DNA of 64,000 bases, taken from contig NC_069007.1 of NCBI RefSeq assembly GCF_001194135.2, forward strand, positions 10,561,303-10,625,302. The letters are read 5' to 3'. The stretch is from Octopus bimaculoides. Its lineage: Eukaryota. The first letter of the stretch is position 1. The number at the start of each line of letters is the position of its first letter. A program made the translations under genes and the position numbers. Positions 41,355 to 55,217 of the stretch are shown here, piece after piece. The notes beneath the pieces are model-generated. The model was not told the DNA's origin. It saw only the letters and a list, made by a program, of their open reading frames with translations, and did no database searches.

Positions 41355-41612
41355 TTGCTGTACATTTTGGTCTGAAACATTCGAATTGTATACCAGAAAA
41401 TACAGTACTTGTAGCTACCACACTTAGTTGTAAATTTTCCCCTGAAACATTTGACTTGTATATAAGAAAATGTGGTACCTGTGACTACCACACTTAGCTA
41501 TACATTTTTGTCTGAAAAATTTGACTTATATACCAGAAAATACAGTATCTTAGCTGTAAATTTTTACCTGAAACATTCGACTTGTATACCAGAAAATACG
41601 CTTCCTGCGACT
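41355..41612. repeat. Degenerate 60-75 bp tandem repeat, about 4 units
   Basis: ctgaaacatt(c/t)gacttgtataccagaaaatac recurs four times. Confidence 0.85.
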
Positions 41613-42699
41613 ACCACCCATCGCCAACAGCATCATCTCTTTCGCAGCCACTACCCCTACCAGTCTGTAACTGATGATGTGAGAAGAAAGAAACAGGGAC
41701 AGTTTAACCCTAGCCAGATGTAAAATGTGAAAAAATAATAATAATAATAAAAGTTTACATTTATGAATTTCAAGAAAAGAAGCATTCAACCCATGCTAGC
41801 ATGTCATAACAAAATGGGGTAAATAAATGTATTTCAACAACGAAGATCCATATTGTTTTTAGTTCCATAATTCTGGTTTCCCTCTTTCTCAAACGGAGTT
41901 AAGAATATTACTGGTATTGTGTAGTTAGTAAGTCAGCTGTTTAAGAATTAGTTCTAGGTTCAAGTCGAGGAATTACTCAAAGTCTTAACTATTTGTACAA
42001 CACAGTATTGCATGAGATTGTATTGTTCAGTCAGTCCTGAAATGCATGAGATGACAAAAATGATACTGACATTGTTTACATTCATTTTGGAGGAAGTAAG
42101 GAACTCTGATCTAAGGAACAAAACTAATGCTTCTATCATTTATTTTTCTGCAGTAACAGAATCATTAAGGACCTGGGCTTTTGGCATAGAACAGGATGTT
42201 AAAGGTTAATTTATGGCTACACATATCTCTTATACATATACATATGTGTCTCTATTTGCATGCACACGGGTGTGTATATAACTCCAAAAAGATTGGTGTG
42301 GATTTGTGTCAACAAAACTTATGTTTAGTAAAAAAAAAAAGTTGACAAAATGGATACAATGAACTTGTGGTGAAGAGTGGAAAATCTGACGTTTCGGACA
42401 GTCATCGTGCAGCAAAAAGGTTCTCTCAGCTTTTCTTTGAAGACGGTACATCCAAAACATATTTTCTGCTCCACACATGAAGTTCAATGTACTCATATTC
42501 TTTCAGTCATTAGACTGTGGCCATGCTGGGGCACCGCATTGTAGAATTTTTGCCAAACAAATCAACCGCTTTACTTGCTATTTTATTAAGCCTGGTACTT
42601 TTTCTGTCCGTCTGTTTTTGCCTCACTACTACGTTACGGGGTCATAAACAAACCAACATTTGTTGTCAAATGGTGGTGGAGGACAAAGCACATAAACAC

Positions 42700-42737
<38 letters not shown>

Positions 42738-44259
42738 NNNNNNNNNNNNNNNNNNNNNNNNNNNNNNNNNNNNNNNNNNNNNNNNNNNNNNNNNNNNNNN
42801 NNNNNNNNNNNNNNNNNNNNNNNNNNNNNNNNNNNNNTTATTATATTAAGATAGAAAAATATTATTAAAAATATCAAAAATTATAAATGTGCCTTAATTA
42901 ACTTTATGTTTTTTAGAATATAAACTAACAGAAATATTATATGCAAAACTAATCTTAACGAATCTTTCGTTTAAATACAATTTAAACGAAGTTTTAGGTT
43001 AAATTAATAAAGATAGAAGTAAAACGCTTATTAGAAAGAAGTCTCATGAAGATATTGCGTAAAGAAAAAGGATAGAATAAAGAAATATAAAAACATGAAT
43101 GAAAATTTTATTATGAATGAAAAATTAAACTTTATATACCTTAAATCATAATAAAACAATTAACTATATTGTAAGCATTTTATTGAACGTTAAAATCTAA
43201 GTAATGATAGATACAAAAGAATAAGACTAAGAAACAATATATGCTAACAGAAATATTATATGCATATCTTATCTTAACGAATCTTTCATTTAAAATACAA
43301 CTTAAACGAAGTTTTAGGTTAAGCTAAAGTTATAAACGTAAAATATAAACTTTGAAGAGTGCAGTTCGATTTTAATATAATTTTTTTTTTATTTGAACCA
43401 AAGATGCAAGCTTACTCTTTAAAAAAAAGCAAAAACACTATATATATATCATTTTAAATAAATCTCTGTAAAATTTTGTTTCATTGTTTTAAAAAAGAAA
43501 CAACTAGCAAATTTTAACAACAAATTTCAACATAACAAAATATTGTTACAGAGGAGTTGAAATAATATAACAGTCAACCAGAGTCAAAATTTGATGATTT
43601 TTAAAGTTTAAGTAAAAATAAAATAAAATAAATTAATTTCATAACCTACATGTGTCTGCACATATTCCCACAAACAAAATTTCAATTCCTTGTAAAAGCA
43701 TTGTATGTATATACACATATATATACACACACGTATATGTATATATATCCCCATACATATATACATATACATACATACATACACATAAACATATATATAA
43801 ATACATGCATGTATATGCATACGTATATTGTTGGTTGATATGAATAAGAGATCTGAGATTGCGTCCATCTGTCGTCACAGGAGACAATCCCTTTTGAAGA
43901 ACTTCTGTCTGAGGTACGTATTTAATCTGTGTAGTCAAAGTCAGCACACCATAATCATTGAAGAGTAAGTCCTTTTTTACCATGACAGTCATGTCTGTGA
44001 GCCTAGCTAGTGGTGCTCTCCCTCATATAGTTTTGGATAAAGCCAGCAACAGCAACATGAACCACCAAGGGTGTGCAACACAAACTGCCACCTGATCATT
44101 CGAGAAATGAGAAACGACTTAACCAGTCTCCCCTATACAACTTTTACTTGATAAACTGAGTATTAGGTATCACCAACTGATTCCAAATAAATATATATCA
44201 TGTACTGATAATTTTTCCTTTCATTTATAAACAAAAGCATGTGCATCACCTACACACAC

Positions 44260-44312
<53 letters not shown>

Positions 44313-44927
44313 TTGTGTGGGTTAGTACCAATTTCATAAACCTTACTTTGAAAGTATTGGTGTGGTTCTCCACCACAGAATCTAATTCTGGTTTATAATC
44401 CCATTTAACATAGGACACCTTTTTATTTTAGATATTTGCATGGGTAATGCACCTTCATGTTAAAATTTTAAGGCAATAACTACAGAAGTTGAGCATTTAT
44501 GTAATAGAATTAAACTGGAACTTGGCTCAACTCACCAATAACGCAATGGCCAACACATTCTAACCTGACAAAGATACATAAAAACACTTCTATGAAAAAT
44601 TTCAATCCCCTCCCAAACACCCATCACCTGATTGACAAATATTGCCCCTTGGGAGTTCACAGTTCACCCTATGTGGGTGCTACTACTCAGGTTAAGAATC
44701 ACTAGTCTAATATAAAGGCAACTGAATAACATTTCTTATCGGGGATTTTTTTCAATAATGATTTATGAAGATTTTAATCTTAGACGACTGGAGGGAAAAC
44801 CAGAGATTAATAATCTGGAAATTGCGTGTAGTTTTACATATTAATTAATGAATAACAAGGGAACAGGAATCACATAAACAATACCATTGTGCATTTCGAT
44901 TTTAACAATTATTTTTTCAAAGCTACA

Positions 44928-45565
44928 ATGGAAATGATAATGGAACATATTCGGCATATTTTGCTTTATGAGTTCAATAAAGGCAACAACGTAACGGAAA
45001 GTGCGAGGAATATTAATGCAATAAATGGGGATCGGACAATAAGCGTAAGCTAGTGTCATCGTTGGTTCTAGAAATTCCGAACCGGAAACTGCAGCCTAGA
45101 AGACGACCCTCGTCCTGGAAGATTTGTAGAGCTCGACGAGGACGTCTTGCAAAACCTGGTGGAACAAAATCCTACCGTAACTGTTGAGGAACAAGCAGAG
45201 AAGCTTGGATTTGGTCATTCAACCATTCATCGACACCGGGATGCCATTGGAAAACCCAGGAAATTGAGTCAGTGGGTTTGTCACAAACTTTCCGAGTCTA
45301 ATCGCGTGCAGAGAGTGAATGTGTGCTCTTCTTTACTGTCACGTCTCAAGAATGAACCTTGTTTGGACCGAATAGTGATTGGTGACGAGAAATGGATTCT
45401 CTATAAAAATGTCAGGCACCGAAGACAGTGGGCAGGGAAAGGAGAAACATTGACACCCCAGACTGAAGAAGGTCTTCACTCACGTAAAGTGCTGTTATCT
45501 GTTTGGTGGGATATGAAAGGCTTAGTCCATTTTGAACATTTAAACCCAAACCAAACGATAACAAA
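44928..45565 (+). mobile_element. Degenerate mariner transposase, N-terminal HTH to first catalytic D
   Basis: MEHIRHILLYEFNKG...SLEDDPRPGR, WVCHKL (WVPHEL variant), IVIGDEKWILYKN and VLLSVWWD motifs. In-frame stops; 3' end replaced by a SINE fragment. Confidence 0.93.
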
Positions 45566-46387
45566 GACACTTGTCCAAGGTGCCATGCAGTGGGATAGAA
45601 TCTAGAATCATGTGGACGGGAAGTTTCTTACCACACAGCCACGCCCGCGCCTATGTTGTTCATATATTTTAACAGCAAAATCTTATATGAACCTCCTCAA
45701 CGGTCTTATAAGCCACTAGTCTATGTTATTGAATATTTCTTTGAAAAAAAAAAGAGCATATATTTCAATTTCAAGGAGATTTGACTGTTAATTCTAGCAG
45801 GCCGAACATCCACATAGAAGCCACCATATCAGCTTCTTTAACCACCGACCTACTTATCCAAATGATCATCATCACTTTACGACCTCTTTTCCATACCCTG
45901 TGTTGGCTATTTCTCAACAACTCCACTATCAGCTAGGCGTAGGCTTATATTAAAAGGCATATCACTGTTTGAAGAGACAATAGTGTTATTTGTAACAGTG
46001 GCACACACAATACTCTACTTCTGCTGCAAAGCAAATTACTACAACCGCAACATTTTTGTCAACAGTTCGGGTATTTTGGTGTATGGACCAACGCCCAAGC
46101 AAATGGTAATTGTATATCAATAATAGCAATTGAGCAAACCATTGTAGCAACTAGCACGGTGATGGCATTATTTTAATTCGAGTTATGAAGTGCAACATTT
46201 TCAGTAGCAGACGACCTTTCAGAGGTTGATTATTACCCTATTCAGAACATTTTTGTTGCAATCAACCATATCACTCGACACTATTTAGCTTAACTTTTAT
46301 TGAGAGTGCATTGTCGTGAAATGTCTTTATGCATACTTACATGCATGTGTGTTTGTGTGTGTATACCTTAAAATAGAAAGATCACTG

Positions 46388-46438
46388 CTGATTTCAATTG
46401 CATATCTCAAGTTCATTGAGATATGCAATTGAAATCAG
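46388..46438. repeat. Perfect 23-bp inverted repeat with 5-nt loop
   Basis: CTGATTTCAATTGCATATCTCAA-GTTCA-TTGAGATATGCAATTGAAATCAG. Confidence 0.95.
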
Positions 46439-46578
46439 ACTTTACTTGCTCGTATATGCATACACAGAGACGCACACAACACACGTAATATGAACAATAC
46501 TATAAAGAAAAAATTATGAGGAAAAAAATGTGAACATTTTGTGTTTAAATAAAAGAAATAAAAGAAAAACTGTAAACC

Positions 46579-47794
46579 ATGTCTAGATGTAACCACTCGA
46601 CTTCGGGGATCGAGTGGGCATTACATTTTGTGCAGAGAGAGGGAGACACAATCAAGCTGGTCTCTCAGGAAGAAACAATGAACGATAAGAGTAATAAGAC
46701 GGTGGTGTACCGCACAGAAGCGGTCGCAACCAACAAAATAGATATAGTAACGGAATACGATATTGAAGAATGTTTGGGAGCCATTATGAAAAGAGCGACA
46801 TTTGTGATCAGAGGAAAGAAGTACGACACAGTGGAGGTAAGGTTTGTCACCAAAGAAGATGCAGCCTCACATTCCACCATTCTTCTGTGATCGGACAAGG
46901 TGATGCTGCTGCCCACGTGCTGAAAGGTACAGTGTTCGAATCAGAATAGCGAGAGTAAAAACAGAATGGTTGGTGGCAGCTATTCTGGCTGCCACTGAGG
47001 ACAGTCCAGATCTGGGACTGGTTGGGAAAACAAGTATGTTAAACTGGTGGGGATGTAGTGTGGAGATGTGGCCTTTTGTCACATTCGAAGATAGTGAAAG
47101 GATCCCCTACCAGATGGAGATAGTGGGAGAAAATTCCCTTAAAGTAATCGTTGCGGGTCGTCGGCCCAATTGTTACGAATGTAGAGTGAGGGGACATATG
47201 AGGACGCAGTGCCCCAGAAACGAGAATTCTCAGAGTTAGAAAACTGTACAAAAGGAACAAGAGGTGGAAATGGAAGAGAAGGTTGAAGCAACGAAGGATG
47301 AAGATAACAAGAGCGATAAAAGATGTGTCAGAGACACAGAAGAGGAAGTAAAGACAAAGGAAGACAAAGCGAAGGCGGCAAAGGAGGGTAGTGACGGGTT
47401 TGTCAGCCCCAAAAGGAGAAAGAAGGCGAAGTCAGGAGAACATTCGCAGGGATCAGCAGTAGAAACGGAGAGGACGGCCAAAAAAGGCAAAGAGCCGTCG
47501 AAACTTAAGCATATGCATGCAGCAGTAGGGAAGGAACCAGAGGAAGTGGAGTACAAACTTAAGGGATACTTGATTTACTATGAGAAAAGTGTGGAGGTCG
47601 ATAGACGAGTGTTGGGAGGCACCGACTTGCCACGCCAGGAGCCGAGTTGCAAGCCGACTGGCTTTTCCTGGTTAATTTTTGCCCCTGCCACAGCTTCGTA
47701 TCCCTTGATGGCGTCTTCTACACGAGGTAACTGCCCTTCATCAAATACGATGATGGTAACATCATCCGCATATGCCGTCGCACTTCTACCGTAA
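46579..47794 (+). mobile_element. LINE ORF1 (gag-like, L1/Tx1-type) remnant with CCHC zinc knuckle
   Basis: VIVAGRRPNCYECRVRGHMRTQCP (CX2CX4HX4C) followed by an E/K-rich tail with GFVSPKRRKK; broken into three frames; no ORF2 visible downstream. Confidence 0.75.
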
Positions 47795-49306
47795 CATAGA
47801 TGTGGCCATCAGATTGAAAAGATCCCGATTCTGCCAGTTCGCTGCCTTCAGATAGGAAAATAATGGTTTGTATTTTCCTTTTCTTCGTTCTGTTTACTTG
47901 ACATGTGTGGCGATTCATAAAAGTCTTGTTCTTGGAGTAAGCTACAAAAACAATTCTTAGATTCTCTCGACTTCTTGTAATTCAAACCGCCTCATGGTCC
48001 CTGTAGACAAAATGGAAAGGGCGTTGCCCCGGAAGATGACGAGAGAGGTGCACTGCGACAGCCACCCTGAATAGTTCCAAAGTCTGATAAGCTGGCTGGG
48101 TTAAGTAGAGTAACTGAGAGAGAAGGAATAGGCAGGAATTCATAGGGGGTCAATGATCATAGATATATGCAGCATACCAACAAAAATGTTCAAGACTAAC
48201 GATCCTAATTACATGCTCACATGCTAAAAGAGTGTTGTCCCGACCTCACTGTTCAGCTCGCGTTTGTCAGTGCTTATAGACTGCATTTTCTTAACATATT
48301 AACTCATTCAACCACGCTATTTTCTACGTTAAACGTTTATACAATCGCCTGGTCGGTCTGTCACTCTACTCGCAATTTTACATTGCAGTCAAATCTTATT
48401 CAAAAAATAGTATACATTTCATTAAATCTTACCAACCTAAATACTGACTGACAAAAAAAAAAGACGCAACGACTGACGTAGCTATATGAAAACTTTTCTT
48501 AAATCAGGACATGCATTAAAAACGAGCAGCAGCTATAGCAACAAGTGCTTATCGTTATTTCTTGCTAATACCTCACAGCATATGTTTATCTTTATTTTTT
48601 TTTTCTTGGGGTGTGTGATCAAAGTTTCAAACATTCTCAAAACAAACGATTAGGTTTTTTTTTTTTTATTACTTCACAATTTTTCAACTCTCGACATTTT
48701 TTGTATTTCTAGAAACTTATAAATTTTTTCAAATATTTCATGTCAGCAGTTAACTAGATGTATGTATTATTTATCTGGAGCAACGAAAGTATTGTAACAT
48801 TTCAGAATTAGCAGACGCCGTCTCTTTCAACATCGCAGTAAGTCCCGATGCTTTTTCTTATTTGCATAACGTACTTTCACTGCACTACCGAGCGCAGCTC
48901 TGTGTGCCTTCGGTTTGTGGTGCTGTGGTTTGCTGTGATGCTCTTAATTTTATTGTATTGAAAATGATTTACGTAGGAAGTGTGCAATGCCTAGTAGTGC
49001 TATTTTCTGTATGTTATATATATTTGTGAGTCTTGATGTTTTTGTTATGTATTATTTTTTTATCATACCTAATGCGCCCACTATGATAGGAATTATTTCT
49101 GTTTTTAGACTCCACATTCTCTATTTCAAGGTCTTTGTATTTTGAAAGTTTCTCCATTTCTTTAAGAGAAACGTTGTCATCTGTTGGTATTGATACATCA
49201 ATTAGAAAGCATTTTTGTTTTCTTCATTATCTCTGACAACTATATCTGGCCTATTGGCCTTAATTTCTCTGTGTGTATTGGTATATACCCATAGTATTGT
49301 TGCTTT

Positions 49307-49369
<63 letters not shown>

Positions 49370-49882
49370 TGTTTTGGTTTTGCTTTAATTTATAATTGTT
49401 GCAACCAAGTTTCAACCAGTGATGTCAAAGGACTACAAGGTTTTGCCTCTGATAATGCGAACAAGCGAGGTGCAATTGAAAATACAGAGATTATTATTAT
49501 TATTGTCGTTGTTGTTGGCGAGCTGGCAGAATTGTTAGCACGCCAAGCAAAATGCTTTGCGGTATTTCGTCCGTCTTTTACGTTCTGAGTTCAAATTCCG
49601 CCGAGGTTGACTTTGACTTTCCTCCTTTCGGGGTCAATAAAATAACTATCAGTTGAACACTGGGGTCAATTTAATCGACTTACTCCACCCACAAAGCTAC
49701 TGGCCTTGTGCCAAAATTTGAAACCATTATTATTCCTCCAAGGTCGACTTTATCTTTCAAATTTTTGGAGATCAATGCAGCCGACTTTCCCCTCCCCTCA
49801 GAAACTTGTGGCCCTGTGCCAAAACTTGAAACCATTATATTTGTTATATTTATTTCTTCACCTTAGATGTAATGTAATTGTG

Positions 49883-50246
49883 TGGAGGTGCAATGGCCCT
49901 GTGGTTAGCGCAGCGGACTCGCGGTCGTAGGATCGTGGTTTCGATTCCCAGACCGGGCGTTGAGTGTTTATTGAGCGAAAACACCTAAATCTCTACGAGG
50001 CTCCGGCAGGGGTGGTAGTGACCCCTGTTGTACTCTTTCACTACGACTTTCTCTCACTCTTCCTGTTTCTGTTGTACCTGTGTTTCAAAGGGCCAGCCTT
50101 GTCACCCTCTGTATCACACTGAATCTCCTTCGAAAACTACGTTAAGGGTACACGTGTCTGTGGAGTGCTCAGCCACTTGCACGTTAAGCAGGCTGTTCCG
50201 TTAATCGGATCAGCTGGAACCCTCCTCGTCGTAACCGACGGAGTGC
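49883..50246 (+). mobile_element. tRNA-derived SINE, same family as 19903-20280
   Basis: Direct sequence identity with the 19903 copy; A and B boxes present. Confidence 0.9.
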
Positions 50247-50995
50247 TACGTTTCCCTTTTAATGCGATTGGCAATTATTGAATGTAATTATTATTGTTGT
50301 TAGTTATGTTGGTATGAGTGAAGGCGCATGGTTCAGTAGTTAAAACGTCAGACTTACAATCATGAGGTTGTGAGTTTGATTCCTGGACAGGACTGTGTGT
50401 TGTGTTCTTGAGCAAAACACTTTGTCTCACGTTGCTCCAGTTCACTCATCTGTAGAAATGAGTTGCGACATCACTGTTACCAAGCTATGTCAGCCTTTGC
50501 CTTTCTCATGGGTAACATCGGTGGCGTGAAGACGGGAGACTGGTACGTAGGGGTGACAGCTGGTCTTCCATAAATAATCTTGCTCGGACTTGTACCTCGG
50601 AAAGAAACTTTCTATGTGCAATTTCATAGTCGTTCATGACTGAAAGGTATCTTTACCCTTCACCTTTTATATTGGTAGGGTACTCTTCAAATCTTTTAAC
50701 CATTAAACAGCTAGAAAAGATTGCATGAATGTGTATTTTGAACAAGCAAAAAATAAAAAGTATGTTTCTTATGGGTAATTTTTATATTTATCTTCTCTTT
50801 AAATAAACAAAAGAAAATTTATCATTTTTAGTCTCTCACACAATAACATTTGGCGTGGCTGTGTGCTAAGAAGCTTGCTTCCTAATCACATGCTTCCGAG
50901 TTCAGTTTGGGAAAGTGTCTTCTGCTATAGCCTCAGGCCGACCAAAGCCTTGTGAGTGGATTTGGTAGATGGAAGCCGAAAGAGGCTCAAAGTGT

Positions 50996-51027
<32 letters not shown>

Positions 51028-51479
51028 TGATTTGGTAGTTGGAAACTGAAAGAAGCCCTTCGTATAAATGTTTGTCTCCCACCATTGATTGACAACCGGT
51101 TTTGGTGTGTTCACNNNNNNNNNNNNNNNNNNNNNNNNNNNNNNNNNNNNNNNNNNNNNNNNNNNNNNNNNNNNNNNNNNNNNNNNNNNNNNNNNNNNNN
51201 NNNNNNNNNNNNNNNNNNNNNNNNNNNNNNNNNNNNNNNNNNNNNNNNNNNNNNNNNNNNNNNNNNNNNNNNNNNNNNNNNNNNNNNNNNNNNNNNNNNN
51301 NNNNNNNNNNNNNNNNNNNNNNNNNNNNNNNNNNNNNNNNNNNNNNNNNNNNNNNNNNNNNNNNNNNNNNNNNNNNNNNNNNNNAAAAGATCTTGATATT
51401 CTTTTTACATTACATAAAATATTCTTTACATTCTAATGTTGTTTTATTACCATTTATTCATGAGTATTATAAATTTTAT

Positions 51480-51618
51480 GGGTCAAATATTTTTCTGGGA
51501 ACGAATTACGATTTATAACATTGCTACTATGGGAAATTATCGCTCTGCTTTACGAGCTTTCGCTTTATGAGCAGTTTCCGGGAACAGATTAACTCGTATA
51601 TCGAGACATTACTGTATA
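51480..51618. mobile_element. Tigger/pogo-like MITE end
   Basis: Ends ...ctcgtatatcgagacattactgTA, resembling the Tigger-type CAGT...ACTG terminus with a TA target. Confidence 0.4.
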
Positions 51619-52516
51619 AATATTTGACCTTTTAATAAATAGCAGTGATTGCGGGTGATACAACAGCCTACTTACTACTGTGAAATTAGGACTGCTATAA
51701 CATGTAGTAGTTTAGCAGTACCATGTTTAATGTGACACGATTTAATTGTAAATATTAAAGTTATATATATGGTAAAAGCAACATGTAGGTCAATGTAACG
51801 ACAGTAAACCTCTTAGGTGGTTCCTAGATCACTGCGCTCTATCCTGTTCATAGCACTACCACATATAGACTCGCTTGGCTAAACACGTCCCAAACTCTCA
51901 ATTGCTTTTACTTCTTCAGGGAATTTAACAAACATGTTAGCGGGGGGGGGGTCGCTGTGGGAGCTAAGTTTGCTTAACTTCATCCACTGTTTTACGCAAG
52001 CAATAACTTTTTCTGTTTTTTGAAATTTTTTGGAAAAATTCATGAAATCGTGTTTCACACACGGAAATTCAAAGGACTATGAAAAGAAGAAAAGAATTTT
52101 TTTTTTTTTAATTTCTCAAAATTTTGTTTTTCTTTTTATTTTTCTAATTTTTCGATATTTCTTTAAAAATCATAGTTAAACATACAGACAGTCCTAAATT
52201 TTTTGCTTAAATTCCCAGCGATAGATGATTAAATGTGTTTATGGAAAGAAAGATATTGAAATAAATCAATATGTCAGAGTGACAAACAAACGATGTGGGT
52301 TGTGGCCCAATCAACATTTAAAGTGTAATCTTTATGTAAAGAATACATTGGTATCGATACAAACCAATTGCATTATTGATCATCGTCGATCAAGTGTGAT
52401 GGACCGGAGTGAACATAAACACGTGACCGTGCAGTTTTATTATCTTTTACTCGTTTCAGTCATTTGACTGCGGCCATGCTGGGGCACCACTTTTCTAAAG
52501 CCTTGTACTTCGCCAA

Positions 52517-52792
52517 CAAGACCTCAAAATAACACTCATTGAACGTCAATACCAACCCGCATTTATAGACCAATTAAACGTGCCAAGAAATTGGACACAA
52601 ACACACTAAGGGCAACAAAACAAAACACCACACCTCACTTTAAATCACTCCCATACATATCAACCCACAACCCCAGAAACAATGAAGCATACAACACAAT
52701 TATACAAAATCTCCCTCTGCTCACTCAAGACCCGAAATGAACAACATCCTAAATACTTATAAACTCCTCAAATGCAAAAGACAACACAAATC
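52517..52792 (+). mobile_element. Penelope-like element, RT-thumb/linker remnant
   Basis: DLKITLIERQYQPAFID / IKRAKKLDTNTL...SLPYISTHNPRN...IIQNLPLL, typical of the PLE linker; frameshifted and ends at a gap. Confidence 0.65.
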
Positions 52793-53494
52793 NNNNNNNN
52801 NNNNNNNNNNNNNNNNNNNNNNNNNNNNNNNNNNNNNNNNNNNNNNNNNNNNNNNNNNNNNNNNNNNNNNNNNNNNNNNCACACCTACCTGAAGGCTCGG
52901 AATTCACATTCCAGCAAGGAGAAAAATTCTCAATTACGACGTGTGCTTTCCAGAACCTTATGTATGTACTAACCTGCTCATGTTGTGGCCATAATTATGT
53001 GGGTCAAACGAGCCTTACTTTGAAACGCAGCGAGGTGCTTAGCAGTATTTCGTCCGCCGCTACGTTCTGAGTTCAAATTCCACCGAGGTCGACTTTGCCT
53101 TTCATCCTTTCGGGGTTGATTAAATAAGTACCAGTTACACACTGGGGTCGATATAATCGTCTTAATCCGTTTGTCTGTTCTTGTTTGTCCCCTTTGTGTG
53201 TAGCCCCTTGTGGGCAGTAAAGAAATAATAAATTGTTATTACACACGCACACACACATACACACGCAAACATACACACTCTCACTTTAAACATACTTCGA
53301 GGTTACACACAACTGCAAAAGACCAATAAAGAACTTGCTTGCTGCATATTCATAATTTTGGCAATGTAGGATAAAGTATGATTTGAAAATATTTTAAAAG
53401 TTAGTTTCACGTTTCGCTTTACTTCTACTTGCAGTCCTCGTTTGAAGAGAGAAGATCTATCAAAGTTAAACTGGTTTAAAAAATCAAAACAAAG

Positions 53495-53644
53495 ATGGTA
53501 TTTATTATAGAAGGTACCCTAATGACATGGGAAGAAATTTTACCTCACATTTCAAATGTGAAGAAACAAGGAACGATGCAGTTTCTTTACCAGTATAAGA
53601 AATATAAAGACGAAAAAAATTATCCATTTTACTGGGGCGATGAG
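53495..53644 (+). CDS. GCLC: Glutamate-cysteine ligase catalytic subunit-like, coding exon 1 (MVFIIEGTLMTWEE...FYWGDE)
   Basis: Aligns by eye to GCLC MGLLSQGSPLSWEE...GILQFL...KWGDE. 150 nt, GTAAGT donor at 53645, the same phase-0 intron position as recalled for vertebrate GCLC. Confidence 0.93.
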
Positions 53645-53899
53645 GTAAGTACAGCGCACAATAGAAACTTGCATGAAAATAGAAAGGGAGGGAAGGAGAA
53701 AGGGCACTTGCTGATTTTAATTAAAATCAATGGCCAAGCGTGGCTACGTGGTAAGAAGCATGCTTCCTAATCATATGGTACAGGGCTCATTTCTACGCTG
53801 AGGCAGTTTGCGTACTGAGCGTTCTGCTAAAGCCTCGGGTTGACTAAAACCATGTTGGTGAGCGGATTTGGTAGACGGAAACTGAAAGAAGCCTGTCGC

Positions 53900-53939
<40 letters not shown>

Positions 53940-54859
53940 CAAGAATAAGGGCAGAGAATCGTCAATTAATAATAGAATTAATAATTAACAATTTTGCCAA
54001 GTAGTTCAGTATGAAAAAAACCTTTATCGGTAAAACTATTTATCATCATAAATATACAGGGATTAGCAATTGAGTTGCTTCTCCAACATNNNNNNNNNNN
54101 NNNNNNNNNNNNNNNNNNNNNNNNNNNNNNNNNNNNNNNNNNNNNNNNNNNNNNNNNNNNNNNNNNNNNNNNNNNNNNNNNNNNNNNNNNNNNNNNNNNN
54201 NNNNNNNNNNNNNNNNNNNNNNNNNNNNNNNNNNNNNNNNNNNNNNNNNNNNNNNNNNNNNNNNNNNNNNNNNNNNNNNNNNNNNNNNNNNNNNNNNNNN
54301 NNNNNNNNNNNNNNNNNNNNNNNNNNNNNNNNNNNNNNNNNNNNNNNNNNNNNNNNNNNNNNNNNNNNNNNNNNNNNNNNNNNNNNNNNNNNNNNNNNNN
54401 NNNNNNNNNNNNNNNNNNNNNNNNNNNNNNNNNNNNNNNNNNNNNNNNNNNNNNNNNNNNNNNNNNNNNNNNNNNNNNNNNNNNNNNNNNNNNNNNNNNN
54501 NNNNNNNNNNNNNNNNNNNNNNNNNNNNNNNNNNNNNNNNNNNNNNNNNNNNNNNNNNNNNNNNNNNNNNNNNNNNNNNNNNNNNNNNNNNNNNNNNNNN
54601 NNNNNNNNNNNNNNNNNNNNNNNNNNNNNNNNNNNNNNNNNNNNNNNNNNNNNNNNNNNNNNNNNNNNNNNNNNNNNNNNNNNNNNNNNNNNNNNNNNNN
54701 NNNNNNNNNNNNNNNNNNNNNNNNNNNNNNNNNNNNNNNNNNNNNNNNNNNNNNNNNNNNNNNNNNNNNNNNNNNNNNNNNNNNNNNNNNNNNNNNNNNN
54801 NNNNNNNNNNNNNNNNNNNNNNNNNNNNNNNNNNNNNNNNNNNNNNNNNNNNNNNNNNN

Positions 54860-54898
<39 letters not shown>

Positions 54899-55012
54899 GT
54901 GTGTGTATACATATATTTAGAAAACCTAAGCTGTGGAAATTATAAGAGCGTTAACATATTTCTTTTCTACTTTTGATAAGCAGGATTGTATTTCTCTGTG
55001 ATTTCTTTTTAG

Positions 55013-55119
55013 ACTGAATATTCCTTAATACGGTTTGACCATGAAGAACGAGTTGTCCAGTTATCTTTGACTTCCACGTCTTTTTTTGGATCCCCTCAAG
55101 TACAGGCATTAGAATCAAG
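55013..55119 (+). CDS. GCLC: GCLC-like coding exon 2 (TEYSLIRFDHEERVVQLSL...)
   Basis: TTTCTTTTTAG acceptor, GT donor at 55120; resembles VEYMLVSFDHENKKVRLVL; phase 2 out. Confidence 0.9.
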
Positions 55120-55217
55120 GTGCATATAATTATCTGTATCAAATGTGAAATAGTCTTTCATAAACCTAACATACGCACAGTTCTATATTTAAGAGATGAG
55201 GAATTATGTACATTATT

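Noticed and set aside
42380-42465. Back-to-back hammerhead-like remnants (GAUGA...CCGAAACGUC on minus; UUGAAGACGG...CCAAAACAUA on plus)
   Set aside because: Several core positions are missing in each; not distinguishable from chance by eye.
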